Below the pieces are notes generated by a model. It was not told the origin of the DNA. It saw only the letters and a program-made list of their open reading frames with translations, and did no database searches. A stretch of 64,000 bases of DNA from Guillardia theta CCMP2712 (Eukaryota; Protista; Cryptophyta): NCBI RefSeq assembly GCF_000315625.1, contig NW_005434503.1, positions 1 through 64,000 on the forward strand, read 5' to 3'. Below are positions 1 to 9,330 of this stretch, one piece after another. The stretch's first letter is position 1. Every line of letters starts with the position of its first letter. The translations under genes and the position numbers were made by a program.

Positions 1-3000
1 GACCTTGTTCCGCCACGAGCGCTGGGTCCCCTCGCAGTTCCGCGTCCTCTAGCTCTCTAACCTTCTGCATTGGGAGATGATCCGTGAGATCACGGTATCC
101 TGCTATCTCCCATGTTGTTTTATCCGATTCTTCTAGTGCTACAATTGCTTTCGTGATTGTGTTTGCAGGTAGCAGTGATAGAAAGATCCAGTCATCTGTC
201 CCTTCTCGCTCGATCCCAATCATCAGTTGCTGGTTTGCACTCCAAAATGCTCTAACGCCCCTCGTGTCTTCGCTAGATAAGGTTGCTTCGATTTGGTTGA
301 TGAGCTCGTCGGCATTGTCGACTATCTTGCCGAGCAGTCGAAGAGCCAAGCCTTTGTGGCAACGAAGGGAGTTAGGGTGTTTTTTCTTGATGTCTTGACT
401 TATCATCGGTTCTTTGGGAATGAAATCATTCTTGCGTCCCATTGCATTCTGGGATTCACGGCTGCCTACCGTGCCTAGCCGTGTTTGCTGCTGTTGGCAG
501 ATCTCTTGGAAAACTTCGTTGTTTTGTTCTTCACATATCGTTCTGAACCTCTCGATCTTAGTTCGCAATTCTCTTTGTAATGTAGCTTCCGTAGGTACAC
601 CAGTCGCTGGGCTTTGCTGTGATGCTTCCCTAAGTTTAGTCCGCAAGTTGCGGATCGATCTCTTCAAATCCATTTGTTCTTTGTTCGAATGTCGCCTCCC
701 TCCCTTTCTGATTTTCACCTCCTTTAGTGGTAGAGAGTTGGCGAGCATCTCACAAATGTTACATTCTTGCGCCTTAGCTCGCATGTCTCGTATGTTTGCA
801 TCTAGTTGTTGCGCCCATTCGATCTTCTTCTCCTCCCACGAATCGCGATCCAGCACCCATCTGCTTTTAGGGGTTTCCCCCTTCTTCTGTCGTGAATTCA
901 TCTGATGCACTTCTACTCGTGGGATTAGCTGCGTCTCCTCGGACGTGAACTTGGTGTGTACTTGCACCACCAGGGCTCTGTGATCAACTGCTCCCCCTAT
1001 CACACAGCCGTCGACCGTCCACGATTGAAGGGAGATGTTTGGAAAGTTGTCCTCGTCACTTGGGGGGTGAATAGCGAGAACTGCGTCGAGTTTGGCTTCT
1101 ATTAGTTCTTGTTTGTACCATGTTGAGAAGGTAAATGTTGTCCCAGTCTCGCTGATCTGTTCATATGAGAGTGTACGGTGTGCGGAAAGGTCTGCCAGGA
1201 ATTTCTCGAATCTCTCATCTGCTTTTGCGGTGATAGATGAGGGGGAATATCCTCTCCGCATTGGTGTTGTTGTGTTGGTTCTTGCTGCATTAAAGTCTCC
1301 GGCTATGATGTGTGTCTCTCTCGTTCCCAGAGCGAGGTGTAGCAGCTCTGCCCACAGTTCCCCTTGCTCTCGAATCGCATTTTCCGCAGGTACCTGATGG
1401 AGGTTTGTGACTAAGAAAGAGTTTTTCCCTGTTCCGACTTTGATCGAAAACACTCGGTTTCGATATTTCTTTTCTTTGTTGCACGCCTGGTGAGCGGCAG
1501 GGGAAGGGGAAGGCGACAGGGCCGCATGTACCAGCGTTACCAACCTCAGGTCTCCTTTCCCCTTCTTCGCATTGATCTTTGCAGGCCCCAGGAAGATTCT
1601 GTAGCAGGCCCAGTTCTCCTTGATCATCTTCCTTAATTTGTTCTCGTCGCGGGCCGAGACCCTTACCTCTTGTAGTAGCACAACCCCAGGTTGGAAGGAC
1701 TGGATTAAGTATGCGAGGATGTGCTTGAGAACAAAGTGATTGCAACCATTCACATTTTGTGAGATGAGGAAACCTGGGTCTGAGCTTTTTCGATGCATCT
1801 GCGCCCAATCATTGCCCCTTTGCTCCTCCTGCCTTTCCCCCCTCCGCTCCTTCCCTCTCTGGGAGGTTTTCTCTCCTGATTGTGCATTCTCCTCCATTTC
1901 CTCACCCAGATGTCTTGGTTGGGGCTTCGTGGAGGTCGCCTGCCGCTGGATTGCGATCGGCTGTACCTCCTCCTCAAGCTTTGTCGTCGAGGTCATCAGC
2001 CGCTGGATTGCGTGTGGCTGTACCTCCTCCTCAAGCTTTGTCGTCGAGGTCATCAGCCGCTGGATTGCGTGTGGCTGTACCTCCTCCTCAAGCTTTGTCG
2101 TCGAGGTCATCAGCCGCTGGATTGCGTTCGGCTGTACCTCCTCCTCCGGCTTTGTCGTCGATGTCAAGTTCTCTTGCACCCTCGCCTCCTTCGGCAGAGA
2201 TCGCAGAATTACCTGGGCCGTTTCCTCCATCTTCTCCAGATGGGTGAGAGCTTCGATCAGTTGTGTTCTGGTTTGCATCAGCCATTCTTGCGGAGGTCTT
2301 AGTCTTGTCCTCGTTTCCATCGTTGCTAGCCAGTCTTGATTTGTCTCGCAGAGCAGTAGGGTGTGAAGGATAGCGAACACTCCGCAGTTGAAGTTATCTT
2401 CCTGTTGGAAGGCTGAGCACCACTTTACCTGCCATGGGGCGTTGGTCTGATCGTCAAAGATGTGTTCGATCACTCCGATTGTCAGCTCAGCCATTTCACT
2501 TGCTCCGTGCTCCCCCGTTGTTGCAAGATTCCTCGCTCCCTCGATCCCTCGTGGGTCCCTCGTTGTGCTCGTTCTGTCCTCGCAGAGAGGGTCCAATATG
2601 TACGCGCATCGCCGATCATATCTTAATGCAATTAGAATCCAGTGGTTGCTGTGGATGATAGTTGGAAACAGGAAGGTGTGTTGCTCATCTCTCAAGCTGC
2701 TGAGGTGAAATCTGTTCCCGACTCTCAAGCGGGACGCCTCGTCTCGCAGACTGGATATTACCCTTGGCAAGAAGATGATGTTCCGCGTTTGCTGGTCCTC
2801 GTGGGCTCTCCCTTTGCGTACCATGTGTATTGCTCGTCCTCCTTGAAGAGCCTTGCTCATCTCATTGAGAGTAACTTCGATCATGTTCTCGCATAAAAAT
2901 CCGCTTACTCCTCGATTGTTCAGGGCAGTGATGCCAAATTCCTTGTCGCCTCGTTTGTCTGACCATGGGATCTCCTCGATCCAATCAAAAAAATACAGTG

Positions 3001-3100
3001 TTCTATCTACATGTTGCGTTTCCTTTGAAACCGTTTCCATCTCCCCCCCTTGCCTACTCCCGGCACTCCCCCCTTCCTCCTCCCTTCCTCCTCCTGTCAT
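1..3100 (-). CDS. Retrotransposon ORF2 (partial, >1030 aa): Ulp1/C48-like cysteine protease, 19-aa repeats, AP endonuclease, long linker
   Basis: Manual translation from ATG 3100 is open to position 2; it is absent from the ORF track because no stop lies in the window. Protease motifs FPTIIHSNHWILIAL..YILDPL..QQEDNFNCGVFAI (~2340-2700). APE motifs ISQNVNG, VVLLQEV, IIAGDFNA, KLDAVL, VDHRAL (~970-1760). Confidence 0.9.
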   Translation of the reverse strand, partial: MTGGGREEEGGSAGSRQGGEMETVSKETQHVDRTLYFFDWIEEIPWSDKRGDKEFGITALNNRGVSGFLCENMIEVTLNEMSKALQGGRAIHMVRKGRAHEDQQTRNIIFLPRVISSLRDEASRLRVGNRFHLSSLRDEQHTFLFPTIIHSNHWILIALRYDRRCAYILDPLCEDRTSTTRDPRGIEGARNLATTGEHGASEMAELTIGVIEHIFDDQTNAPWQVKWCSAFQQEDNFNCGVFAILHTLLLCETNQDWLATMETRTRLRPPQEWLMQTRTQLIEALTHLEKMEETAQVILRSLPKEARVQENLTSTTKPEEEVQPNAIQRLMTSTTKLEEEVQPHAIQRLMTSTTKLEEEVQPHAIQRLMTSTTKLEEEVQPIAIQRQATSTKPQPRHLGEEMEENAQSGEKTSQRGKERRGERQEEQRGNDWAQMHRKSSDPGFLISQNVNGCNHFVLKHILAYLIQSFQPGVVLLQEVRVSARDENKLRKMIKENWACYRIFLGPAKINAKKGKGDLRLVTLVHAALSPSPSPAAHQACNKEKKYRNRVFSIKVGTGKNSFLVTNLHQVPAENAIREQGELWAELLHLALGTRETHIIAGDFNAARTNTTTPMRRGYSPSSITAKADERFEKFLADLSAHRTLSYEQISETGTTFTFSTWYKQELIEAKLDAVLAIHPPSDEDNFPNISLQSWTVDGCVIGGAVDHRALVVQVHTKFTSEETQLIPRVEVHQMNSRQKKGETPKSRWVLDRDSWEEKKIEWAQQLDANIRDMRAKAQECNICEMLANSLPLKEVKIRKGGRRHSNKEQMDLKRSIRNLRTKLREASQQSPATGVPTEATLQRELRTKIERFRTICEEQNNEVFQEICQQQQTRLGTVGSRESQNAMGRKNDFIPKEPMISQDIKKKHPNSLRCHKGLALRLLGKIVDNADELINQIEATLSSEDTRGVRAFWSANQQLMIGIEREGTDDWIFLSLLPANTITKAIVALEESDKTTWEIAGYRDLTDHLPMQKVRELEDAELRGDPALVAEQG
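1942..2162 (-). repeat. 57-bp in-frame tandem repeat (~3.8 copies; TSTTKLEEEVQPHAIQRLM) between protease and endonuclease
   Basis: Unit cgctggattgcgtgtggctgtacctcctcctcaagctttgtcgtcgaggtcatcagc is repeated. Confidence 0.9.
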
Positions 3101-3109
3101 GATTCGGTT

Positions 3110-5221
3110 TTAGAGTTGAGAGGCAACCTCTCCCTCTTGGTTGCCACTCTCCTCTTCCATCTCCAGTCCCATCTCCTCCTCTGCCTTGCTCAAGAGAAAC
3201 TCAATTTCGTCTCCCGAGCCAACGCTGCCTTGATAGGTTAGCGTAGCTGTGGAAACTACTTTATTCAGGGCAAGAAACAAGAGGTCAGTTCGAAATTCTT
3301 TTTGTTGTTTCTCCCCTCCTCTCCCTGTTGCTTTTGCAAAGGCTCCCTGGCGTCTTCTTGATGCTACCGTCTCCCACGCATGCTGCTCGCTTACTCTTGC
3401 AATCTTACTCTTCAAAACTTGCATGTCGTCGTCCTGGGTTGCCGAGGATGATTCCGCCCATTCCTTCAGTGTCGGAAAACATGCATTTCCAGGAGATGAC
3501 AAGCTGTCGTACAGGCCGACGATGGCTCCATCGAGCCTGAGTTTGCAAGCTTGGTTTTCTGCACTCTGTCCCTGGTTGACAGTCTCCTCTAGAACTTTGT
3601 AGATGTCTTCGAGGACCACGTTTGCCTCTGGTTCTGGGATGTTGATCTCATTCTCGATCCGTTCGAGATCTACCTGAGCCCAAAGAGGCTCTGTAGGGGG
3701 TTCTGTAGCGATCGCTTCCCAGATGTTGGCACTGCCTGGCTCTAGGAGAAGAAGTTTCCCTGCCCTGTCCCATGGCGCAAAGGACCTGAGGATGTCAATC
3801 GCCGTTTCTTTTTCTGAGAAGCTGAGCACTAGATGTTCACCGTTCCAGCTGTTGGTCTCGACATCTTCTTTCGAGGAGATCTTGACGATGTGCTCAGCCG
3901 CTGACTCCTTCCAGCTCGCCACGATCCGTCTCAGTCCTCGAATTGTCATGCCCATAGAGAGATCCTCCCCGTCGCAGATCTGTTCAGCTTCCTCTCTGGT
4001 GAACCTTCCCTTCTGTGCTTTACTCTTGACCAGTACCTCATAGGTCACTCTTCGTGGTACTGCTCCTAGCGCGTCGGGCAAGAAGTCCAACCTAATTGGA
4101 TGCTGTCTCGTTACCCTGGTGATTGCACTAACCTGAGTAGTGAACCATTTGAGGATCTTTTCATCTTCCGACATCAGTCCGAGGTGTATGCTTCCTCCAT
4201 TCCTGTCGTCTCCCTCAAACATCCGTAGCGTGGTGCTCAGGACGTCCGTCGAAGAGCATCTCGCAATCCAATCGATCTCTCTTCCTTGTCGTATCTCGTC
4301 CACTCCGGCTGCTGCGAAAGTGCGTTTGTTGGGCTGACCTTGAGGTCTCCTCTTCGTCTTGACCTCTAGCTGCATGCCCGCTTCCGGCTGCACCTCCAAC
4401 ACAGCTATTCCTTGTTGCAGCAGGTGTTGACGATAGATCTCCGTAATCCCAGCTGAGTTCATGCCATTCATCTTGAGGAGGTGAGAGAACTCAGCTAGGG
4501 CCCCCGCCTTGCCAGAGTGCTTATCCTTCTGTGGCCTTATCTTGAAGGAGCAAGGATGCTTCGAATGCGCGTTCACCGCGCGGATCATCTTTCCGTCGAT
4601 CCTGAAGTTCGTCTGTCCTTTCCACAGCAGTTCTGCTGCGTCGTTCAATTGGAGTGTTGCCACGACTGGGATTTCATCCACTGTCGGAATCAAATCTTTC
4701 TTGATCGGGGCTCTCCACGAGATGCATTTCTTGCCCTGCTCCTCGTGCACCAAGAGTCCTTGATCCTTCAACTTCTCACACAGTACCTCAACTTGTTTTA
4801 TGTACTGGGTAGGAACTCCGAGGATAGCCATGGTAATCAGTTTACCACTCTCGGGGGACGCTCCTGAAGCATCGATGCAGGCACTCTTGTCTAGTACCTC
4901 CTGTTTGTCTGCGTTCCATGCAGAGACATACCACGACTGTCCTTCTTCCCCCCATTCTTTGATGGCATCCTCCTGGCTCCTGACTTCAGCATGTTTGCAG
5001 GTCTGTCGAATGGCTTCGGCTAAGGCGTTCATCGAGACTTCCTTGGACTGCAAGGCTCTGCCTGTCCTGCTCTGAGGGTACTGCCTGACGAAGTGTTCCA
5101 ATCTTCGGATCAGCTCTCCTAGCGAAGGTGCTGAAGGCGTCGTGTCCTTGTTTAGGAACTGGGAAACTCGGACACGAGCAATCTGTTTCCTTTCCTCTTT
5201 GGATAGATACCACATGATCAA
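3110..5221 (-). CDS. Retrotransposon ORF1 (703 aa), no recognised domain
   Basis: Long intronless ORF directly upstream of ORF2 and in the same frame. No CCHC knuckle seen. Confidence 0.8.
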   Translation of the reverse strand: MIMWYLSKEERKQIARVRVSQFLNKDTTPSAPSLGELIRRLEHFVRQYPQSRTGRALQSKEVSMNALAEAIRQTCKHAEVRSQEDAIKEWGEEGQSWYVSAWNADKQEVLDKSACIDASGASPESGKLITMAILGVPTQYIKQVEVLCEKLKDQGLLVHEEQGKKCISWRAPIKKDLIPTVDEIPVVATLQLNDAAELLWKGQTNFRIDGKMIRAVNAHSKHPCSFKIRPQKDKHSGKAGALAEFSHLLKMNGMNSAGITEIYRQHLLQQGIAVLEVQPEAGMQLEVKTKRRPQGQPNKRTFAAAGVDEIRQGREIDWIARCSSTDVLSTTLRMFEGDDRNGGSIHLGLMSEDEKILKWFTTQVSAITRVTRQHPIRLDFLPDALGAVPRRVTYEVLVKSKAQKGRFTREEAEQICDGEDLSMGMTIRGLRRIVASWKESAAEHIVKISSKEDVETNSWNGEHLVLSFSEKETAIDILRSFAPWDRAGKLLLLEPGSANIWEAIATEPPTEPLWAQVDLERIENEINIPEPEANVVLEDIYKVLEETVNQGQSAENQACKLRLDGAIVGLYDSLSSPGNACFPTLKEWAESSSATQDDDMQVLKSKIARVSEQHAWETVASRRRQGAFAKATGRGGEKQQKEFRTDLLFLALNKVVSTATLTYQGSVGSGDEIEFLLSKAEEEMGLEMEEESGNQEGEVASQL

Positions 5222-5300
5222 ACAACCGTTTCTGCACAGAAAAATATCCTGTTCAGCACCCTAGCTCGCAGGGATCCCCTCAAACTGCAGGGGAGGAGAG

Positions 5301-5611
5301 CATGTCTGTTACTCCAGCGGCTGTCTGTTACTCCAGCGGTCTGTCTGTTACTCCAGCGGTCTGTCTGTTACTCCAGCGGTCTGTCTGTTACTCCAGCGGT
5401 CTGTCTGTTACTCCAGCGGTCTGTCTGTTACTCCAGCGGTCATGTCTGTTACTCCAGCGGTCTGTCTGTTACTCCAGCGGTCTGTCTGTTACTCCAGCGG
5501 TCTGTCTGTTACTCCAGCGGTCTGTCTGTTACTCCAGCGGTCTGTCTGTTACTCCAGCGGTCTGTCTGTTACTCCAGCGGTCTGTCTGTTACTCCAGCGG
5601 TCTGTCTGTTA
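5301..5611. repeat. 20-bp tandem array (CTGTCTGTTACTCCAGCGGT) ~15 copies in element 5' region
   Basis: Near-perfect direct repeats; CATGTCTG variant at 5301 and 5441. Confidence 0.95.
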
Positions 5612-5676
5612 CAGTATACCAAGCCCTGCTCGCAGCTTCCTCCGGTCCCCTTTCCCTACGCGCCGCGGATGTGCAT

Positions 5677-5776
5677 GCCTCGGGAAGGGGCCCGGTGCCT
5701 CGGGAAGGGGCCCGGTGCCTCGGGAAGGGGCCCGGTGCCTCGGGAAGGGGCCCGGTGCCTCGGGAAGGGGCCCGGT
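5677..5776. repeat. 20-bp tandem array (GCCTCGGGAAGGGGCCCGGT) x5 at element 5' terminus
   Basis: Five perfect copies ending exactly at the telomeric repeat. Confidence 0.95.
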
Positions 5777-5843
5777 CCTAAACCCTAAACCCTAAACCCT
5801 AAACCCTAAACCCTAAACCCTAAACCCTAAACCCTAAACCCTA
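5777..5843. repeat. Telomeric repeat (CCCTAAA)n / (TTTAGGG)n, ~9.5 units
   Basis: Perfect plant/algal-type telomere repeat. The C-strand is on +, so the chromosome end lies toward position 1. Confidence 0.97.
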
Positions 5844-6328
5844 GTAGTAGTAGTAGTAGTAGTAGTCGATTTTATTAGAATGCTAGAGTAGTCGCATCGG
5901 GTACCTTCCCGGTCTAGTCTAGTCTAAATGGGTTCTCACGCTTGGCAGAGCGGCCCTTCTTGGATGGCCCGTTGTGGCATCCAGGGTTCTATCGTTGTTT
6001 CGCTGTTTCTGTTGTTTCCATAGTCCTCAGTTCCGAGCCGCCGGTGCGGCCATGTCTCCTCCGGGCCCGGGTTGACGGTTTCAGTGTAACCGTCCACCTG
6101 TCCAGTTTTTGCGCTAAGTCCATGTCCCTTCCCCGCCTGCCGCCTGTGAAGCTTCCCCGTCAGTCTGTCCTTGTTGACCTTTCCCCTGTCGTCATCCATC
6201 TGTCTCCTGTGTCCTTGCCCCTTCCTTGCCATGTTGGTTGTTTTTCGCCTATGAGGCTTCACCTTCGGTCTGTCCGTTGACCGTTGCCCTTTCGTCTCCC
6301 ATCTGTCTTCTGTGTCCTTGCCCCTTCC
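5842..6328 (-). mobile_element. Probable 5'-truncated retroelement 3' end with AATAAA and (CTA)8 tail, between telomeric repeats
   Basis: Minus strand reads ...AATAAA atcg a(CTA)8 GGGTTTAGGG. Telomere-type repeats lie on both sides. Internal ~30-bp direct repeat at 6196 and 6299. Confidence 0.65.
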
Positions 6329-6365
6329 AAACCCTATACCCTATACCCTAAACCCTATACCCTAA
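6329..6365. repeat. Degenerate telomeric repeats (CCCTATA/CCCTAAA)
   Basis: aaaccctataccctataccctaaaccctataccctaa. Confidence 0.9.
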
Positions 6366-6521
6366 GTCGAGGGGAGCCTCGGAGAGGCAACTCTCCCGAC
6401 CGAGGCTGCCTAAGCCAAGAGAAAATTGCAGAAGCACGGTAGAAAGAAGGAAGAGACCTCAGAAGAAGGGTTAGCATTGTAGGCCGTGTACTCCCAGTGC
6501 TCCGAGCCTCTTTAGACTAGA

Positions 6522-6556
6522 CTAAACACTAAACCCTAACTAAACCCTAATCCCTG
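6522..6556. repeat. Innermost degenerate telomeric repeats
   Basis: ctaaacactaaaccctaactaaaccctaatccctga. Confidence 0.8.
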
Positions 6557-6619
6557 ATTTTTCACAGGAACCACAACCAGGGACGGATCGGACTGGCCAT
6601 ATTTTTTGGCTACGCGAGG

Positions 6620-9330
6620 ATGGGAGGATTGATGGTTATGCTTGTTCTCATAGTCTTTCTTCATCCCAATGAAAAGATCTCTAAGATTCGAAACAGTATC
6701 TGTCAAAAAGCTTATCCGCACTATTTGACACAGAGGCATATTCCGACAAAACCATGTGATGTACTCAAATTCTGGTTCAAAAAAGACTATAGAAAGCTTT
6801 TCAAAGAACTTTGGTTTACAAAAGAAGGAAGTGAAGAAAGACGAATAGCAGACGAGCTGGTGAACTCGACCTTCTTCAGTACTGTGATTCAAGCCGAGCA
6901 GGGTCAACTAGAGATTTGGAAAAGAAGTGCTTCAGATATCACTGCTTTGATTATAGTATTGGATCAATTTTCGAGGCATTGTTACCGTGATGAACATGAC
7001 GACTGGAAAATAAAACGCAACAGTGAGGCTGCTAGGCAATTGTCGATGGATCTGCTATCCAAAAATTGGCTTGAAAAGCTCAAGTATGAAGAACGGGTTT
7101 TTGCAATGATGCCTATAAGACACTCACCTGACCAAGGCTCCTTGAAGCTTCTCATAGATATGACAGAAAAATGGGAAAAGGAAGCAAGAAATGCAAAAGA
7201 TGAGCGATCACTTGAAATCCTTGTTCGATTTAAACGAGCAACTCGTCGGCAACTTGACAACCTGCAAGACAGCCTAAGATATGATGGTGAGTTATTCGAA
7301 TTCAGAGGGTTTGATCCCATTGATCCATCTCAAGCCCTGGAACATCAAGTTTGCAAGACGATAAATTGTTTTCTAGAAACTCATTGCAGCAGTGGCTCAG
7401 TGGTGGTTTCGTTATCGGGAGGCGTAGACTCAATGGTTCTTTGTCAGTGTCTCTGCTACATCAGAGATGTGAAAAGTAAGTCAAGTAAAACAGTCAGGGG
7501 GAAACCTGCATGTGGTGCAAAACAATATTTTCTTCGAAACATATCTGCCGTACACATCAATTATGGAAACAGAAAGGAAAGTTTCGAAGAAGCTCACTTC
7601 CTGCAAAAGTGGTGTCAGCAAAGAAATATTCACTTTCACTTGAAAAATGTCGAAAACCTTACAAGGAATCAAAAAGGAGTAGATCGTTCTGATTACGAAA
7701 TTCAGACACGTGAAATTCGTTTCTCAGCTTATTCGACTGCGCTTTCAGGTTGTTCCATTCTGGTTAGCCCTGAGGTTTAACAAGTTTCGTAAGAAAGCGG
7801 AGCAACGGGGATAATGCTCGGTCATCATCAAGGAGACGTGGAAGAAAATGTCATCTCTAATGTTATGAAAGGAAGTAGCGTCCTTAACCTAGCGGTATAC
7901 GATGCATGGAAACGGAATTGAAGTTCTGACGTGATCCCAGGGAATGAAAGAAGTGCAGTATATGACGCAGTACAGGGTTGAGCTTCAGCGGCCCTTGCTC
8001 TCTTTGCACAAGCATGAAATCTACAATTTCTCAATGACATACGGAGTTCCTTACTTCAAAGATACCACGCCAAGCTGGAGTACTCGAGGAAAATTAAGAG
8101 GGTGTGACCATGCATCCAAGAGCAGACTTCGTTTTACGAATTGATTCTCCAGCGTGCTGATTCCTGTTCTGAAGGACATTTATGGCGACGGTGTAATGTC
8201 GCGGTTGGGTTGAAATATTGGCATATCAACGTTTTTACTGATTGTAAATCTAGGCTTAGCTCGATAGCCAAGGACGCTTATGAGCTTTCATGTCTGGTGC
8301 AGTCTGAGATCTTTGAGACGTTTTGGTCAAGCATTGAGTTTCGAGAGCTAGGAAACAGTTTGAAAATGAGAAACGGCAACCGTAACAAATGTAACAGGTG
8401 CATGGATTGATTGTCAGCCATTCTTGAACAAACCTCCTTATTTCTGGATGGAGGGTAAGAGCGAATCCTTTTGAGCTCTGATAGGGGCATAACACGTGCA
8501 ATTCGATCTATATGCCATCAGCAATTCGATCTATATGCCATCGACTTGGATATAGTACTCCTCGGCCGTCAGCTGTTGATCTCATTCTGAAAAAATTACG
8601 TGAAGCCAAAAGAAACGAACATGGTAAGCTCAGTCAAGCATCTTTCTGTAACGCATTATGTAATTATGTTCAGAATACCACCAAAATCCTCAATCGAGAT
8701 GGATACATGCTCGCCAGGTTCTGGTTTAGATCAAACAACAAGTTTCTGACTTGCTCCGAGACCCTTCAAGTACTTATCAAGGGTTTGAGACTATATTTTT
8801 TGGATGCATCCTTATTGCAACCTTGGCAGTATCCTTGCATGTTGACTTTTGAAAAGCGACTGACATTTGCGCGAGGCCAAATCAAGATATTGAATTTAAA
8901 GTTAACAGGTCAATTGCATTCAGTTTTTCATACCTTGCTTGAGTCAAAGACAGCAAAAGGATCTTTGGAATGTGGGAAGTTGAAATTTCTCAGCTGGAAT
9001 GCAACGATGCAAAGCTACTTTTTATTCAAGAAAAAGTTTCCTTAGAAGAAATTCTCAGGTACAGTCATGACAAGAAATGAACTCTTGAAATTCAAATTTT
9101 CACAGAGGTTCATTCGCGTACATTTTGAGCAGCCATGAGCCTGTATCATTCCAGTACCAGTCAAGCATTGCTGCACTTCGACATGTTGATCCTCAGGTAG
9201 AAACTCAATCTGCAGGATTTCCTCCTAGATCTGATAGCAAGTTGCATAGATTCGATCTTCGCTTCCCCTCATAGGTGTGAAGAAGTCAGAACACTCGAAC
9301 TCTGGAAAGAAAAACCAGAAGGTGACCATT
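6620..9330 (+). CDS. tilS: DUF924-like domain fused to TilS-like (tRNA-Ile lysidine synthase, PP-loop) domain; multi-exon, 3' end approximate
   Basis: N-terminal part: VLKFWF..LWF..ALIIVLDQFSRHCYR..ERVFAMMPIRHS. C-terminal part: VVVSLSGGVDSMVL, HINYGNR, R..RF, LGHHQGDVEEN, RPLL, GVPYFKDTTPSWSTRGKLR. Confidence 0.8.

Larger units (their letters stand above)
1..5776 (-). mobile_element. Non-LTR retrotransposon (APE-type) inserted in telomeric repeats; 3' part runs off the window
   Basis: Two long intronless minus-strand ORFs, with APE endonuclease motifs in ORF2. Tandem-repeat 5' region whose end abuts (CCCTAAA)n at 5777. RT is not visible inside the window. Confidence 0.88.

Noticed and set aside
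84-5075. Many plus-strand ORFs over the retroelement
   Set aside because: Antisense shadows of ORF1/ORF2; Ser-rich and mostly in one offset frame.
5301-5776. CRISPR-like array or coding ORFs 5302-5795
   Set aside because: The repeats are contiguous with no spacers; the ORFs are translations of the repeat.
5777-6556. Penelope-like telomeric element or hammerhead ribozyme
   Set aside because: No hammerhead core (CTGANGA...GAAA) seen, and the coding element has an APE domain.
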